The notes under the pieces are model-generated. The model worked only from the letters and a program-made list of their open reading frames with translations. It was not told the DNA's origin and made no database searches. From a virus: a stretch of DNA of 64,000 bases. Both the position numbers and the translations under genes were made by a program. Where the stretch lies: IMG/VR virus record IMGVR_UViG_3300044730_000222, positions 1 through 64,000 of that record; one strand, written 5' to 3'. Positions 34,683 through 45,186 of this stretch are shown here, in pieces. How positions within the stretch are numbered: position 1 is the first letter of the stretch; each line of letters begins with the position of its first letter.

Positions 34683-34894
34683 CTAGCGATAGCGTAGATG
34701 AAGAATATATAAAAGATTCTTACTATACTATTAGAGAAGTAATTAAAAAAGCATTAGCAGAATCCTTTCCTACCAGCGTAAAGGTGGATAGGGTAGACGA
34801 AGAAACTTCTATATTTACGGTAGACTATGATTATATTGCTAACACAATGATAAAGTTTTTTGAAGAAAGAAATTTTGTAATATTCTATCCTTAG
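34679..34894 (+). CDS. Hypothetical protein
   Basis: ORF track. Confidence 0.55.
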   Translation: MTSDSVDEEYIKDSYYTIREVIKKALAESFPTSVKVDRVDEETSIFTVDYDYIANTMIKFFEERNFVIFYP

Positions 34895-34920
34895 TGATAT
34901 AATAAGTTTATGGGGGAAAT

Positions 34921-35613
34921 ATGGCAATAACAGTTTACTGGACCTCTCTTGAACCAGAGTGGATGAGGGCTGAAGAGCCACTATCTATGTATAAAAAATT
35001 AATAAGAGATCCCAAAATAGATGGTTCTGGAATACATCTTTGTGGTGGTTCAAAAAAATATTTATCAAAAGTTTATGGATTAAAATCTATATATGAATAT
35101 GACTTTTCGATATCTGAAACATTAGAAGTAAGATCAGACAAATATAATCAAGAATTTTTTGATAGTCATGTTGTAATTAGATCTGCGCCAAATAAACTCT
35201 TTTCATTTGCACAAGATACTGTATTTTTTACTGAAGAAAAATCTTTAGAACTTTCTGTCGGTATTGCTCCTTTTATGGAAGATAATAGTATTTCAGAAAG
35301 GTGTCTAACTGTTCCAGGTACTTTAGATATAGGTAAATGGTTTAGGTCTATAGATTTTGCTTTTTTCTTAAAAAATAATTTTAACGAGTTTAAAGTTAAT
35401 GAGGGTGATATATATCAATATATACACTTCAATACAGAAGAAAAGATTATATTTAAAAAGTTTATACCTACACAAAAAATAAAATTTTTTGCAGAATCTA
35501 CAACTAAAACAACGCATAGGAGAAAGCAAAGAATTCGCCCATTAGAGAACTATTATGATATGCTTAAACATAAGAGACATATAATAAAAGAAATCAAGGC
35601 AAATTTAGCATAA
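34921..35613 (+). CDS. Divergent DUF6065-like protein (paralogue 2)
   Basis: PG.LDIGKWFR and EGD...YI.F motifs, weakly matching the other four. Confidence 0.45.
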   Translation: MAITVYWTSLEPEWMRAEEPLSMYKKLIRDPKIDGSGIHLCGGSKKYLSKVYGLKSIYEYDFSISETLEVRSDKYNQEFFDSHVVIRSAPNKLFSFAQDTVFFTEEKSLELSVGIAPFMEDNSISERCLTVPGTLDIGKWFRSIDFAFFLKNNFNEFKVNEGDIYQYIHFNTEEKIIFKKFIPTQKIKFFAESTTKTTHRRKQRIRPLENYYDMLKHKRHIIKEIKANLA

Positions 35614-35729
35614 GGAGATAATTATGAGTTCTAGATCTGTAGTGTGTAGTAAATGTAGTAAAGAAATAGACGTGCGCTGGGGAATATTTGCTCACGATAC
35701 TTTAAATAGGCACCTAAAGGAGCATAAGA

Positions 35730-36524
35730 ATGGCTAAATCAAAATCTAAAAAAATAACAGACAAACCAACATCTGGACATAGCAGTAAAGAAACAGTTAG
35801 TTTTGGTTGGTGTGATAATGGAATGGTGGAAGGAAGATTTGCTACCGCTGTAATTGGCACAATAACAGAATCACAGAAGGCTGGAATTAATGTAGTAAAC
35901 CATCTTCGTGTAAATGGAAATCAGATTGCAAGACAGCGTCAGGCACTATTTGATGCATGGGAAACGATGGGCACAGATTGGCTGCTTTGGATTGACTCAG
36001 ATATTATTATTACACCACAAGTATTTAAAATTATTTGGAATGCAGCAGATAAGATAACAAAACCTGTGGTTTCTGGATTATATTTTGTTAGTAATGAAAA
36101 TGAACAACCGCTTATGGAGCCTTTGCCTGCTATGTATATGGAAACAGGAAATGAATTTTTAACTCAGCCAATTCACCCATTTCCCCAAAATCAACTTATT
36201 CCAGTAGATATTACTGGTTTTGGTTTTATTTTAATGCATAAATCAATTATTCCAAAAATAAAAGAGGTTGCACAAGGACACTCTGTATTTGGTGAAAAAC
36301 AAAATCCTGGGCTTAAATTTGTTAGTGAGGATGTTGCATTTTGTCGTTATTTAAAAAAGGCTGGAATTCAGTTGTATGTTCATACAGGCGCCATGGTTCA
36401 ACACATGAAGACTTTTTCGTTTGACTATAACTATTATTATGTATATTGGCGTGGGGTGCAAGATAATACAATTTTTAGAAAATCCAGACTAAGTGAATCC
36501 CAACCAGACAAGCCAAAAGAGTAA
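35730..36524 (+). CDS. GT-A fold (GT2-like) glycosyltransferase
   Basis: WLLWIDSDI, GFGFIL and SEDVAFC motifs. Confidence 0.8.
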   Translation: MAKSKSKKITDKPTSGHSSKETVSFGWCDNGMVEGRFATAVIGTITESQKAGINVVNHLRVNGNQIARQRQALFDAWETMGTDWLLWIDSDIIITPQVFKIIWNAADKITKPVVSGLYFVSNENEQPLMEPLPAMYMETGNEFLTQPIHPFPQNQLIPVDITGFGFILMHKSIIPKIKEVAQGHSVFGEKQNPGLKFVSEDVAFCRYLKKAGIQLYVHTGAMVQHMKTFSFDYNYYYVYWRGVQDNTIFRKSRLSESQPDKPKE

Positions 36525-36677
36525 TTGGCTATGCCCTTGCAATGGCTGTGTTAAAGCCAGAAAGCAAGCATTTAAAGAGGTAGCAGACATACTTGAAGGT
36601 GGCGGTGATGCCTACTCCAGAATACATGCTATTAAAAAACTAATAGACAATGGTATAATGATTAAAAAGGGGTAATC

Positions 36678-37631
36678 TTGGCTAAAATTGCTTTTCTTGG
36701 CAACTTTCAGGTTGACTATAGTAGTGAGACTCATCATGTAAAGTCTTTGGAATCTATTGGGCATACCGTCGTAAAATTGCAAGAGCGTCATGCGACTGCT
36801 CAAGAAATCTATAGAGAAGCGTCTAGGTGTGATCTTTTTATTTGGGTACATACACATGGATGGAAAACTCCTGGTAATACAGGAATGGATGTAGTTCTTG
36901 CTAAGTTAAATAGACATGGCATACCAACAATGACATATCATCTTGATCTTTGGTTTGGTTTGCGTAGACAACAAGATTTAGAAAAAGATAATTTCTATAA
37001 AACAATTGGACATTTTTTTACAGTAGATAAACTAATGGCTGATTGGTTTAATGAAAATACAGAAGTAAAGGGACATTTTATACCTGCTGGGGTATATGAT
37101 AAAGAATGTTATTTACATAAAGATTACGATGCAAATAAATTTGATCACGATGTTATATTTGTTGGAAGCAAAGGCTATCATCCAGAGTATCCATACAGGC
37201 CACAACTAATTGACTACTTAAGGGAAACTTATGGTAAAAGATTTTTGCATGTGGGAGGCGATGGAGATACGGGAACTATTCGTGGTGACAAATTAAATAA
37301 GATTTATGCCCGTAGCAAAATCGCAGTTGGCGATAGTTTAAATATTGGATTTAATTATCCATACTATTCTAGTGATAGAATGTTTGAAAGCACTGGTCGT
37401 GGTGGCTTTACAATATATCCAGCAATTAAAGGACTAGAAGATCTGTTTAAGCCAACAGAATTAGTTCTATACGAACACGGTAACCTAGAAGATTTAAAAA
37501 CAAAAATTGACTACTATTTATTTCATGATGCTGAAAGAGAGCAGATTAGAATACTTGGTCATCAAAGAACAAAGAATCATCACACTTATGTAAATAGATG
37601 GACAACAATCCTAAAGGAGTTTAATTTATGA
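36678..37631 (+). CDS. GT-B glycosyltransferase (CgeB/YkvP-like)
   Basis: DVIFVG, SDRMFE..G.G and HTY..R motifs. Confidence 0.8.
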   Translation: MAKIAFLGNFQVDYSSETHHVKSLESIGHTVVKLQERHATAQEIYREASRCDLFIWVHTHGWKTPGNTGMDVVLAKLNRHGIPTMTYHLDLWFGLRRQQDLEKDNFYKTIGHFFTVDKLMADWFNENTEVKGHFIPAGVYDKECYLHKDYDANKFDHDVIFVGSKGYHPEYPYRPQLIDYLRETYGKRFLHVGGDGDTGTIRGDKLNKIYARSKIAVGDSLNIGFNYPYYSSDRMFESTGRGGFTIYPAIKGLEDLFKPTELVLYEHGNLEDLKTKIDYYLFHDAEREQIRILGHQRTKNHHTYVNRWTTILKEFNL

Positions 37632-38341
37632 CAGAAATGATTAAAGCAACTATCAATGGAGAATTTGAAATAACATTACCAAAGCATCGTGCAGATAGGC
37701 CAGACTGGTATCAACCACAGGGTTGGGAAAAACCCAGACTTAAGTCAATGAGTGAAAATATTGGAAAGGGTGACGTTGTTTACTATGTGGGTGCAGAAGA
37801 AGGAGAAATGCCAGCACTATGTCAAATGTGGGGGGCTGAGGTTGTTTTGTTTGAGCCTAATCCAAAGGTTTGGTCACACTTTCCATTGTTGTGGAGTGCC
37901 AATAATTTAGAAATGCCACTTGCCTCTATTCCTGGGTTTGCATCTGATAAAGATAACAAACTTGCACGTATTTATTATAGTGAGTTTCCACCAGAGGCTG
38001 ATGCACCAATTGAGGCAGCACATGGATTTAAAGAACTGCAATATGAAGCAGACAAGTATGGTCAAACAAAGATTGATACTTTAGTTTATGAAAAGGGATT
38101 AAAACCACCTACAGCAATTTCACTTGATGTTGAAGGAAGTGAATGGCGTGTACTTGGCGGAGCAGAAAAGGTTATGAGAGAGTTTAGGCCAAAGATTTGG
38201 CTATCTGGTCATCCAGAGTTTATGATGATGTACTGGAAAGAATATTTGTATGATCTAAGGCAATTCATTAAAGGTATTGGGTATACAGAAACTTTGCTTG
38301 ATTATCAACATGAGGTTCACCTTTACTATGAATCATGCTAA
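37628..38341 (+). CDS. FkbM-family methyltransferase
   Basis: VG...G, FEPNP and LDVEGSE..VL.G motifs. Confidence 0.85.
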   Translation: MTEMIKATINGEFEITLPKHRADRPDWYQPQGWEKPRLKSMSENIGKGDVVYYVGAEEGEMPALCQMWGAEVVLFEPNPKVWSHFPLLWSANNLEMPLASIPGFASDKDNKLARIYYSEFPPEADAPIEAAHGFKELQYEADKYGQTKIDTLVYEKGLKPPTAISLDVEGSEWRVLGGAEKVMREFRPKIWLSGHPEFMMMYWKEYLYDLRQFIKGIGYTETLLDYQHEVHLYYESC

Positions 38342-38876
38342 AACTTTTTGGGATAATGCTGCATTGGATCCAGAAGTAAGATATAAATATATTGCAGATG
38401 AATGGGCATTTACTGAAACATTTTTAGATCTTATAGAAAATAATAACGATAGTTGGAGTAATGTTTTAGAGATTGGTTGTGGAATAGGAAGATTGCTTGA
38501 TCCACTTTCAGAAAAATATAAAGAATGTAATTTTTATGCAATAGATATCTCTGATGAAATGATAAAACTTGCACCTAAAAAAGATAATATAAAGTATCAA
38601 GAGGTTGCAAACAATCTTGACCTAGTATATTCAATGTTAGTTTTTCAGCATATTGAACATCAAGAAAAAATTAACTATGTAAGACTTGCTTACGATAACT
38701 TAAAAAATGGTGGCAACATATATTTTCAATTTGTTATTGGGGAAGAAAATTCACCATACTCTTATCAAACATCTAAGTCAGAAATTCAAAAGATGTTGAC
38801 TGACATAGGATTTAATAATTTAATTTTTGAAAACCATATGCATCCACAATGGATGTTTGTTAAGGCTACAAAATGA
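38328..38876 (+). CDS. Class I SAM-dependent methyltransferase
   Basis: VLEIGCGIGR, DIS..M, VFQHI and LKNGG motifs; start moved to ATG 38328. Confidence 0.85.
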   Translation: MNHAKTFWDNAALDPEVRYKYIADEWAFTETFLDLIENNNDSWSNVLEIGCGIGRLLDPLSEKYKECNFYAIDISDEMIKLAPKKDNIKYQEVANNLDLVYSMLVFQHIEHQEKINYVRLAYDNLKNGGNIYFQFVIGEENSPYSYQTSKSEIQKMLTDIGFNNLIFENHMHPQWMFVKATK

Positions 38877-39721
38877 TTAAAGCCTATCTATATTCTATTG
38901 ATCCACTTGATTCTGCTGATGGTAAATGGGATTATGGTCTATTAAAACAAACCTTTGATAGAAATCATATTGAGCAGGTAACTGTAAAGCAGATACCAAA
39001 TGAAGAACGTGCCTTTGTTGTTATTCCTGGACAGGGAAATGCAGGGGCAGAAGAAAAAATAAATCAACAACTATCTAATATACAAAGAGTAGTGTTGTTT
39101 ATTACGGGTGATGAGTCTGCAAAGTTTAATGTAGATAAAATAAAACATCCTAATATTAGTATTTGGGTTCAATACCCTCACAAAAAACATGAAAAATATA
39201 ATAGATTTTTTATAGGTGTTCCACAGCATTTAAAACAAAATCTTCCAGCCTATCCTAGCAAGAAATATGACGTTTATTTTGGTGGACAGATAACTCATCA
39301 ACGCCGTAAACAGTTAGCAGAGGCTATGCCAAGCCTTCAAAATGCCCTTTATAAGCCCACAGAAGGCTTTGCACAGGGAGATACACCCAAAGACTACTAC
39401 CAACACCTTTCTACAGCCAGAATCGCCCCGTGCCCCGCTGGAGCACAGGTTGTTGATACCTTTAGATTTTTTGAAGCAATAGAAATGTTAGCCCTACCAG
39501 TAGGAGATCTCATAGATTCAAAGGGTGTAGAAAATGATTATTTTCATTATGTATATCAAGCAGATACCCCTATAGTAAAAGTTAAAGATTGGAATATTTT
39601 ATCTAGTATGGTTCCAGATTTAATTGATCAATACCCTGCAAATATGCACAAGGTAGTGTGCTGGTGGATCAAGTACAAAAGAGACTTTGGCATAAAAATA
39701 ATGGAGCAAGTAAATGAATAA
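38873..39721 (+). CDS. Exostosin (GT47)-like glycosyltransferase
   Basis: F.GQ, PCPAG, DTFRFFEA.E...LP motifs. Confidence 0.7.
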   Translation: MIKAYLYSIDPLDSADGKWDYGLLKQTFDRNHIEQVTVKQIPNEERAFVVIPGQGNAGAEEKINQQLSNIQRVVLFITGDESAKFNVDKIKHPNISIWVQYPHKKHEKYNRFFIGVPQHLKQNLPAYPSKKYDVYFGGQITHQRRKQLAEAMPSLQNALYKPTEGFAQGDTPKDYYQHLSTARIAPCPAGAQVVDTFRFFEAIEMLALPVGDLIDSKGVENDYFHYVYQADTPIVKVKDWNILSSMVPDLIDQYPANMHKVVCWWIKYKRDFGIKIMEQVNE

Positions 39722-40472
39722 AAATGATATAACAGTTGTATTAGTAACTTCTGTATTGCCAAGTCATCCAGACACACATATTATTGATGAAACTATTAGT
39801 AGTATTAGATCTCATTTTCCAGATAATGAAATTATTTTACAGATTGATGGATTAAGGGATGAACAAAAACATCGCAAGGATGCGTATGATGAATGGAAAA
39901 ATCGTGTGCTTTGGAAATGTATGCATCAATGGAAAAACGTTCTGCCATTTGTATTTGAAGAACACTGTCATCAAACAACCATGATGTCAAGAACTATTAA
40001 TGAAATAACAACACCTATTCTTTTGTATGTTGAAGGAGATGCCCCGCTGGTTCCTGATAGGCATATAGATTGGGACAAATGTTTGTCAATGTTGTCTAGC
40101 AATAGAGCATACACAATTAGATTTCATTTTGAAGAAACTATTCCAGTAGAGCATAATCATTTAATGCTAGGTCACGAAGATGATTTTATGAAAACAATTC
40201 AGTGGAGTCAACGACCACACCTTTCTTTTGTAAATTACTATAAAGAAAGTGTGCTTAGATTTTCCAAACAAAACTTTTTTATTGAAGACATCTTCCATGG
40301 TGTGGTTCAAGATGATTATTCTAAATATGGAAATGCTGGTTGGAGTAGACATAAACTTTGGATATATTATCCAGATGGTGGAAATAAAATAAAAAGATCT
40401 TATCACTTGGACGGCAGAGAGGGAACTAGAAAGTTTACTTCAGATGATGATGTTTGGGGATACAAAGAATGA
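39714..40472 (+). CDS. GT-A-like glycosyltransferase
   Basis: ITV...TS..PSHP, LYVEGD, WSQRPH and HLDGR motifs. Confidence 0.6.
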   Translation: MNKNDITVVLVTSVLPSHPDTHIIDETISSIRSHFPDNEIILQIDGLRDEQKHRKDAYDEWKNRVLWKCMHQWKNVLPFVFEEHCHQTTMMSRTINEITTPILLYVEGDAPLVPDRHIDWDKCLSMLSSNRAYTIRFHFEETIPVEHNHLMLGHEDDFMKTIQWSQRPHLSFVNYYKESVLRFSKQNFFIEDIFHGVVQDDYSKYGNAGWSRHKLWIYYPDGGNKIKRSYHLDGREGTRKFTSDDDVWGYKE

Positions 40473-41500
40473 GATTGGGCATTATTGCAAGATCAGATAA
40501 CACAGGTCTTGGAAACCAAACAAGAGATTTGGTTACAATGTTAAATCCTCATAGAATTATGCTAGTAAACTCTATGAACTTTAACAGAAACAAACAACAT
40601 CCAGAGTGGTACAACGGATACGAATGTTTTCATGTTCGTGGATTACCAAGAACTGGAGATTTAGAGCCTTTTATTCGCAGCGTTGATATTGTTTTAACCT
40701 GTGAAACATTTTATAACAATAGTTTTATTGAACTTGCAAGAAGAAGAAATGTAAAAACAGTTCTTCAATACAACTTTGAGTTTTTGGAGTATATTCATAA
40801 TCAAAAGTTAGCATTTCCAGACATCATGATCGCTCCTAGTTTGTGGAACTATGACAAAGTTGCAGAGATTTCTGAAGGCAAAACTAAACTAATTCATCTA
40901 CCGCCACCAACCAATACAGCAATATTTGATAATGTTAGAAAAATTAATCTATCAAAAAGCCATGGCAGGCTACTTCATGTCGCTGGCAATCCAGCAACAA
41001 AAGATCGTAACGGAACACATAGCATATTAGATATGTTAAAGTATTCTAAAACAGATTATGAACTTGTTGTTACTGCTCAGAAAGATCTAGGAATTGTTCC
41101 TAAAGACTCTAGATTAAAGATAGTGGTAGGCAACTCAGACAACAGGCAAGACCTTTACTCTGGGTATGATGCAATGGTTTTGCCTCGTAGATATGCAGGC
41201 TTATGTCTTCCCATGAATGAAGCACTTATAAGCGGATTGCCAGTTTTTATGACAAATATATCTCCAAACAACACAATACTTCCTCAAGAGTGGCTTGCAG
41301 CATCAGAAAAACATGATGAGTTTAGAGCAAGAACAACTATTGATGTTTATAATGCGGATCCAAAACATTTAGCAAAGATTGTAGACAACTATATGCACTC
41401 TAGAAAGAAAGATGAGATTAAAGAACAAGCAGTTGAAATAGGATTTAAAAACTTTGCTATGGAAAATCTAAAAGATAAGTATCTTGATATATTAAAATAG
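40469..41500 (+). CDS. GT4-family glycosyltransferase
   Basis: D.MVLP....GL.LP..EAL..GLPV; start moved to ATG 40469. Confidence 0.8.
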   Translation: MRLGIIARSDNTGLGNQTRDLVTMLNPHRIMLVNSMNFNRNKQHPEWYNGYECFHVRGLPRTGDLEPFIRSVDIVLTCETFYNNSFIELARRRNVKTVLQYNFEFLEYIHNQKLAFPDIMIAPSLWNYDKVAEISEGKTKLIHLPPPTNTAIFDNVRKINLSKSHGRLLHVAGNPATKDRNGTHSILDMLKYSKTDYELVVTAQKDLGIVPKDSRLKIVVGNSDNRQDLYSGYDAMVLPRRYAGLCLPMNEALISGLPVFMTNISPNNTILPQEWLAASEKHDEFRARTTIDVYNADPKHLAKIVDNYMHSRKKDEIKEQAVEIGFKNFAMENLKDKYLDILK

Positions 41501-41530
41501 GGCGAGTCCATTTCTAGACCCGCCCCATTA
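41498..41530. terminator. Hairpin at convergence of the two large transcription arms
   Basis: GGGCGAGTC/GACCCGCCC stem. Confidence 0.55.
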
Positions 41531-41542
41531 TGACTAACTAAA

Positions 41543-41794
41543 TTACTTAGCAGCCTTCTTCTTTGCCTTTGCAGACTTGAGAGCCTTATCAACGGCTGCT
41601 GCTGCTGGCATACGACCAAATGCTGGATCGTTTGGATTAACTGCACGTGCTAGTACTGGGATAACCGCTCCTACGAGTGCTGCCCATAGATCCTTTGGAT
41701 CTGTTACTCCTGCAACGTATAATGCTGATGCTGCACCTACAACTGAACGGCCATATGATGCGAGCATTGCCTTGTGTTCTTTTTTAAGTTCCAT
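41543..41794 (-). CDS. Small membrane protein, holin-like
   Basis: SYGRS...PVL.R..NP.D..FG with basic tail; GGAGG RBS. Confidence 0.55.
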   Translation of the reverse strand: MELKKEHKAMLASYGRSVVGAASALYVAGVTDPKDLWAALVGAVIPVLARAVNPNDPAFGRMPAAAAVDKALKSAKAKKKAAK

Positions 41795-41803
41795 TTTTTC
41801 CTC

Positions 41804-41962
41804 CTAGGATAGAACCTTTATTAGTATAGCATAACCAGCCCAAAGACCAATAATTCCTGCGACTCCCGCAAAAACTGGTGGCGCTGGGACTGGTAATTTG
41901 AATGCTGCGAATATTGCGCCACATCCAAAACCTGTTAACACTGATAAGATTATTTGATTCAA
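41804..41962 (-). CDS. XapX/DUF1427-family membrane protein
   Basis: Manual translation: G...GAIF....LPVPAPP...GV.GI.GL..GY. Confidence 0.75.
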   Translation of the reverse strand: MNQIILSVLTGFGCGAIFAAFKLPVPAPPVFAGVAGIIGLWAGYAILIKVLS

Positions 41963-42174
41963 AACTTTTCCCCCTTGTTTTTAGCATCTGGATCTGTTTC
42001 AGGATTGTCTAGAGGAGTTGGTGCGGTAGCCAAAGCACCACACTCATGACACTGAATATCTAAATGGTACATTCCTACAGTATAGGTCTCAGGATCAAAA
42101 GAAACAAGTGCTCTAAACAAAGTTCCTCCACAGTTTGGGCACACGCAGGTGGGAATACCCCTAGCGTCTATCAT
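41959..42174 (-). CDS. Zn-ribbon protein
   Basis: CPNCG...CHECG.L.TAPTP. Confidence 0.65.
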   Translation of the reverse strand: MIDARGIPTCVCPNCGGTLFRALVSFDPETYTVGMYHLDIQCHECGALATAPTPLDNPETDPDAKNKGEKF

Positions 42175-42595
42175 TAGAACTTTCTGGTAAGAATTTTTTT
42201 AACTGTTCAATTTCTTTAGAAATTTTCTTAATTGTAAAATCATGTGAGGGAATTATACCTTCAATAACCGATCCATACTTATTGTAGTATTCTAATTGAG
42301 GGCTAATTTCTTTTATAAATTTCTGTAATCCATTTTGCACATCTTCAATATACTGATAAGCCCAATCTCTAGAATCAGAAAGAAACTTGATAAAGTTTTC
42401 TTTATGAATTTCTTCATCGCTTCTTTCTAGTCCCACACTTTCTCTGTTGTTAACTAAAAACTCTTCTAAGGTTGCTTGTGATATATAGAGTTTAGCAAAA
42501 GCCTTGGCTAATTTTCTTATCTTTATAATAGAAAAAATGAAGGCACTAAAAAAAGAGATGCTTGCCACCCCTAAAACAACGACTAGTATTTCCAT
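42161..42595 (-). CDS. Membrane-anchored hypothetical protein
   Basis: N-terminal TM segment; FIKFLSDSRDWAY.YIE motif. Confidence 0.7.
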   Translation of the reverse strand: MEILVVVLGVASISFFSAFIFSIIKIRKLAKAFAKLYISQATLEEFLVNNRESVGLERSDEEIHKENFIKFLSDSRDWAYQYIEDVQNGLQKFIKEISPQLEYYNKYGSVIEGIIPSHDFTIKKISKEIEQLKKFLPESSNDRR

Positions 42596-42597
42596 AC

Positions 42598-43548
42598 CTA
42601 TCTCTTTTCTGACAGTACTATTGTACTATCATTCTCAGAATTTGTCAAACCATACATTTTCTTAAAGTCAAAACCTATAAGTTTTTCGTATGCCTTTAAA
42701 TGCCTATAGTTTCCAGCACCAAAGGTACCTTTTTCTATACCGCATAAAACACGCTTTTGCTTATCTTTTGAGATATCCTCTATCTCTTTCCATGATAATT
42801 TTCTTATATTACGGTCTTTCCATATTTTTTTATAGTTACCACGGTGATAAAAATGATGAAGTATTGTCACGCTTGGAGAATAAATATCCCAACCTCTTGT
42901 CCAAGCCCTCATAGCAAAACATATTTCTTCTCCAAAGAATGATATCTCTGGATCATATGGAACTTCTTCTACAATGCTTCCAAGGGTAAAAACAAAACCA
43001 GCAAGTATGGTGCTTGAAACTTCTGGATAGGATTTATTCTTGTCGGACAGTTCAACTCTTTTAGCCGTCCACTCATTTCTCCTGTTTAGGCTTGGCACTT
43101 GTTTAGTTGCATAAGGGGGCTTGTCTTTGTCTTTTGTAATGTAACTAATAACATTGTTTGTTTCAACATAAAATCCTGGTGGAAAATGAGACAAGATTAT
43201 ATTTTTATTTTTAGCAATTTCTTGAGCCTTTTGTAATTGACTGATGCACATTATATCCCAATTCTTTTCAAAAATTGTATGCGAATCAATCTGAAGATAA
43301 TAGTCTTGCTCAGAATAAAGAGACATTGCTTTTGCTCTTGCAAACCCCGCACCCCTTGCTTCTCTTGGGTGCATAGTAATAATCTTAGAATTTTTTAACC
43401 AAGACAAATCTGGAATTTCTTTATCAAAGTCTTGTATTACTAAACCAAAATATATTTCATTTAGTTTTGATGCGTTATCAATAGCAGACTTGATAGTTCT
43501 AACTAACTCAGGATCACGATAACTTGCTATTGATATAAAAATGCTCAT
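42598..43548 (-). CDS. Polypeptide GlcNAc-transferase-like (GT60/'GlcNAc' family) glycosyltransferase
   Basis: IFISIASYRD, QIDSH..F, PYDP...F.GEE and R.WTRGWD motifs. Confidence 0.8.
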   Translation of the reverse strand: MSIFISIASYRDPELVRTIKSAIDNASKLNEIYFGLVIQDFDKEIPDLSWLKNSKIITMHPREARGAGFARAKAMSLYSEQDYYLQIDSHTIFEKNWDIMCISQLQKAQEIAKNKNIILSHFPPGFYVETNNVISYITKDKDKPPYATKQVPSLNRRNEWTAKRVELSDKNKSYPEVSSTILAGFVFTLGSIVEEVPYDPEISFFGEEICFAMRAWTRGWDIYSPSVTILHHFYHRGNYKKIWKDRNIRKLSWKEIEDISKDKQKRVLCGIEKGTFGAGNYRHLKAYEKLIGFDFKKMYGLTNSENDSTIVLSEKR

Positions 43549-44036
43549 TGATTATGGGTTGGCCAGTAATATTTACATGGCTCTTTGCGGTCTGGGCAGC
43601 ATGGAGCATTATTAATACTAGTTACTGCATATTGAAAGTGTACATAATACAAAGGATCTTTCTTAAAAAGATTAGCACGATGAGTTGTCACAACCCTAAG
43701 AAGTTTATTGTCATCATGCCAGAATGCTGGCACTTCATTACCCCAGTCTTCCCAACACTGATCTTTTAGATTATTAAGATTAGCCTCATTGTTTTCTGTT
43801 TTAATACCACGAAACTTTGCTTGAGCAATCATAGCCTGAACATACTCCCACAGACCACGCTCATATCCACGCCACATTAGAACTGCTGGATGATTGCGCC
43901 AACCACCAGTTTTATATTTACCAGATAATACATTAAGAATTTGATAGCCCTCTAATATCTGTTTATTTAGTCTCTTATTATCAAGCATGTGAGCAGATAC
44001 ATGAAAATCTTTTTGTGGTAAAAATGTTTGCACCAT
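43545..44036 (-). CDS. Pyrimidine-dimer DNA glycosylase / endonuclease V family (MSMEG_6728-like)
   Basis: QTFLP, LD.KRL.KQ..E..Q, HPAV.MWRG and HR.NL..KDP..Y motifs. Confidence 0.8.
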   Translation of the reverse strand: MVQTFLPQKDFHVSAHMLDNKRLNKQILEGYQILNVLSGKYKTGGWRNHPAVLMWRGYERGLWEYVQAMIAQAKFRGIKTENNEANLNNLKDQCWEDWGNEVPAFWHDDNKLLRVVTTHRANLFKKDPLYYVHFQYAVTSINNAPCCPDRKEPCKYYWPTHNQ

Positions 44037-44087
44037 ATCTCCTTTTTAATAAACAACTATACACTGTTTTGTGTATAAAATCAAATA

Positions 44088-44789
44088 CTACTTAAATATT
44101 TTTCTTGCTCTTTTTGATGAGTAATATCCATAAATTTTTGTTTTTAACTTATCAATTTCAAATAATGTTTTATCCTTTCCAGGATTTGTAAATTCAGACT
44201 CCCAAGACTCTCTTTTAAATGGTATAAGTTGAACCATAGGTGTGCCTTTTTCAATTACTCCCTCAAAACCATCTTTGATAAAAAATGGACAGTTTATCGG
44301 AGTAGTTAAAATATCTGTATCAACAATACCAGCAATTGATCTTATTGGTAGATTCTCATATGCTGGTGGATGAATAAACATCGTTGACCAGCCTGGTGGA
44401 GTTTTTATGTTCCATCCATGCAAATACTTAAATGCTGGCGTACTAAATCCATCTGGTATTCTGAAACCAGAAAGTTGCTCATTAGGCCATGCGTCAATTA
44501 TTGGCTCAGATATTTCTATATGGCTAATCAAGGGTTGATAGTTTACTTGTCTAACTAAAATATCTGAGCATAGCGTTATTATATAGCCAGAAGTGAACAT
44601 GTCAATGGTTGGAGCGCATTGTTTTACCGTTATATTTGCTGCTGGATTTATTACAAGTTCTTTGTTTCCAATATACTTTGAAATATTTTTCCACCACTCT
44701 GGAACAAGTTTTGCTGCAGGAATAGGCCTTTCTCTAACATTAAAAACATGATCATTTTTTGCTTCAAAAATAATTTTGTTTGCTTTCAT
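44088..44789 (-). CDS. DUF6065-like protein (paralogue 3)
   Basis: W.IKTPPGWS, GIVDTD and KGTP.VQ.IPFKR motifs. Confidence 0.6.
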   Translation of the reverse strand: MKANKIIFEAKNDHVFNVRERPIPAAKLVPEWWKNISKYIGNKELVINPAANITVKQCAPTIDMFTSGYIITLCSDILVRQVNYQPLISHIEISEPIIDAWPNEQLSGFRIPDGFSTPAFKYLHGWNIKTPPGWSTMFIHPPAYENLPIRSIAGIVDTDILTTPINCPFFIKDGFEGVIEKGTPMVQLIPFKRESWESEFTNPGKDKTLFEIDKLKTKIYGYYSSKRARKIFK

Positions 44790-44916
44790 TCTGCAATTGC
44801 CATTTCTTCACACCTAGTGCACATTTTATAATTGTTGCCTGTAAAAGGGCACTTGCCAATTTCAACAAAAGAATGATCTTTTACTATGCAAATAAAAGAA
44901 TTGAGTATATTACGAA

Positions 44917-45186
44917 TCATCGTATAACCTCTCTAGTTACTAACACAATAGCACCCTCCATCTCTAAAGCCTTTTTTACCATAGCAACGTATTTCACTGC
45001 GTCTAGTTTTTCATCATGACTCATATGAATAAAAGACCTTTCATCTAGTTTTATCGTAATAAAAGCCCCATTGTCAATAAGATCAACACCGAAATTTTTG
45101 GGTGCAGATATAGAATGAAAAGCCCTACGCATATCATTTGTATACACAATTACTCCATTGTTAATGCTTGCCAGGTATAAGACCAA
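44917..45186 (-). CDS. Hypothetical protein
   Basis: ORF track; true start probably at VYTNDM. Confidence 0.6.
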   Translation of the reverse strand: MVLYLASINNGVIVYTNDMRRAFHSISAPKNFGVDLIDNGAFITIKLDERSFIHMSHDEKLDAVKYVAMVKKALEMEGAIVLVTREVIR

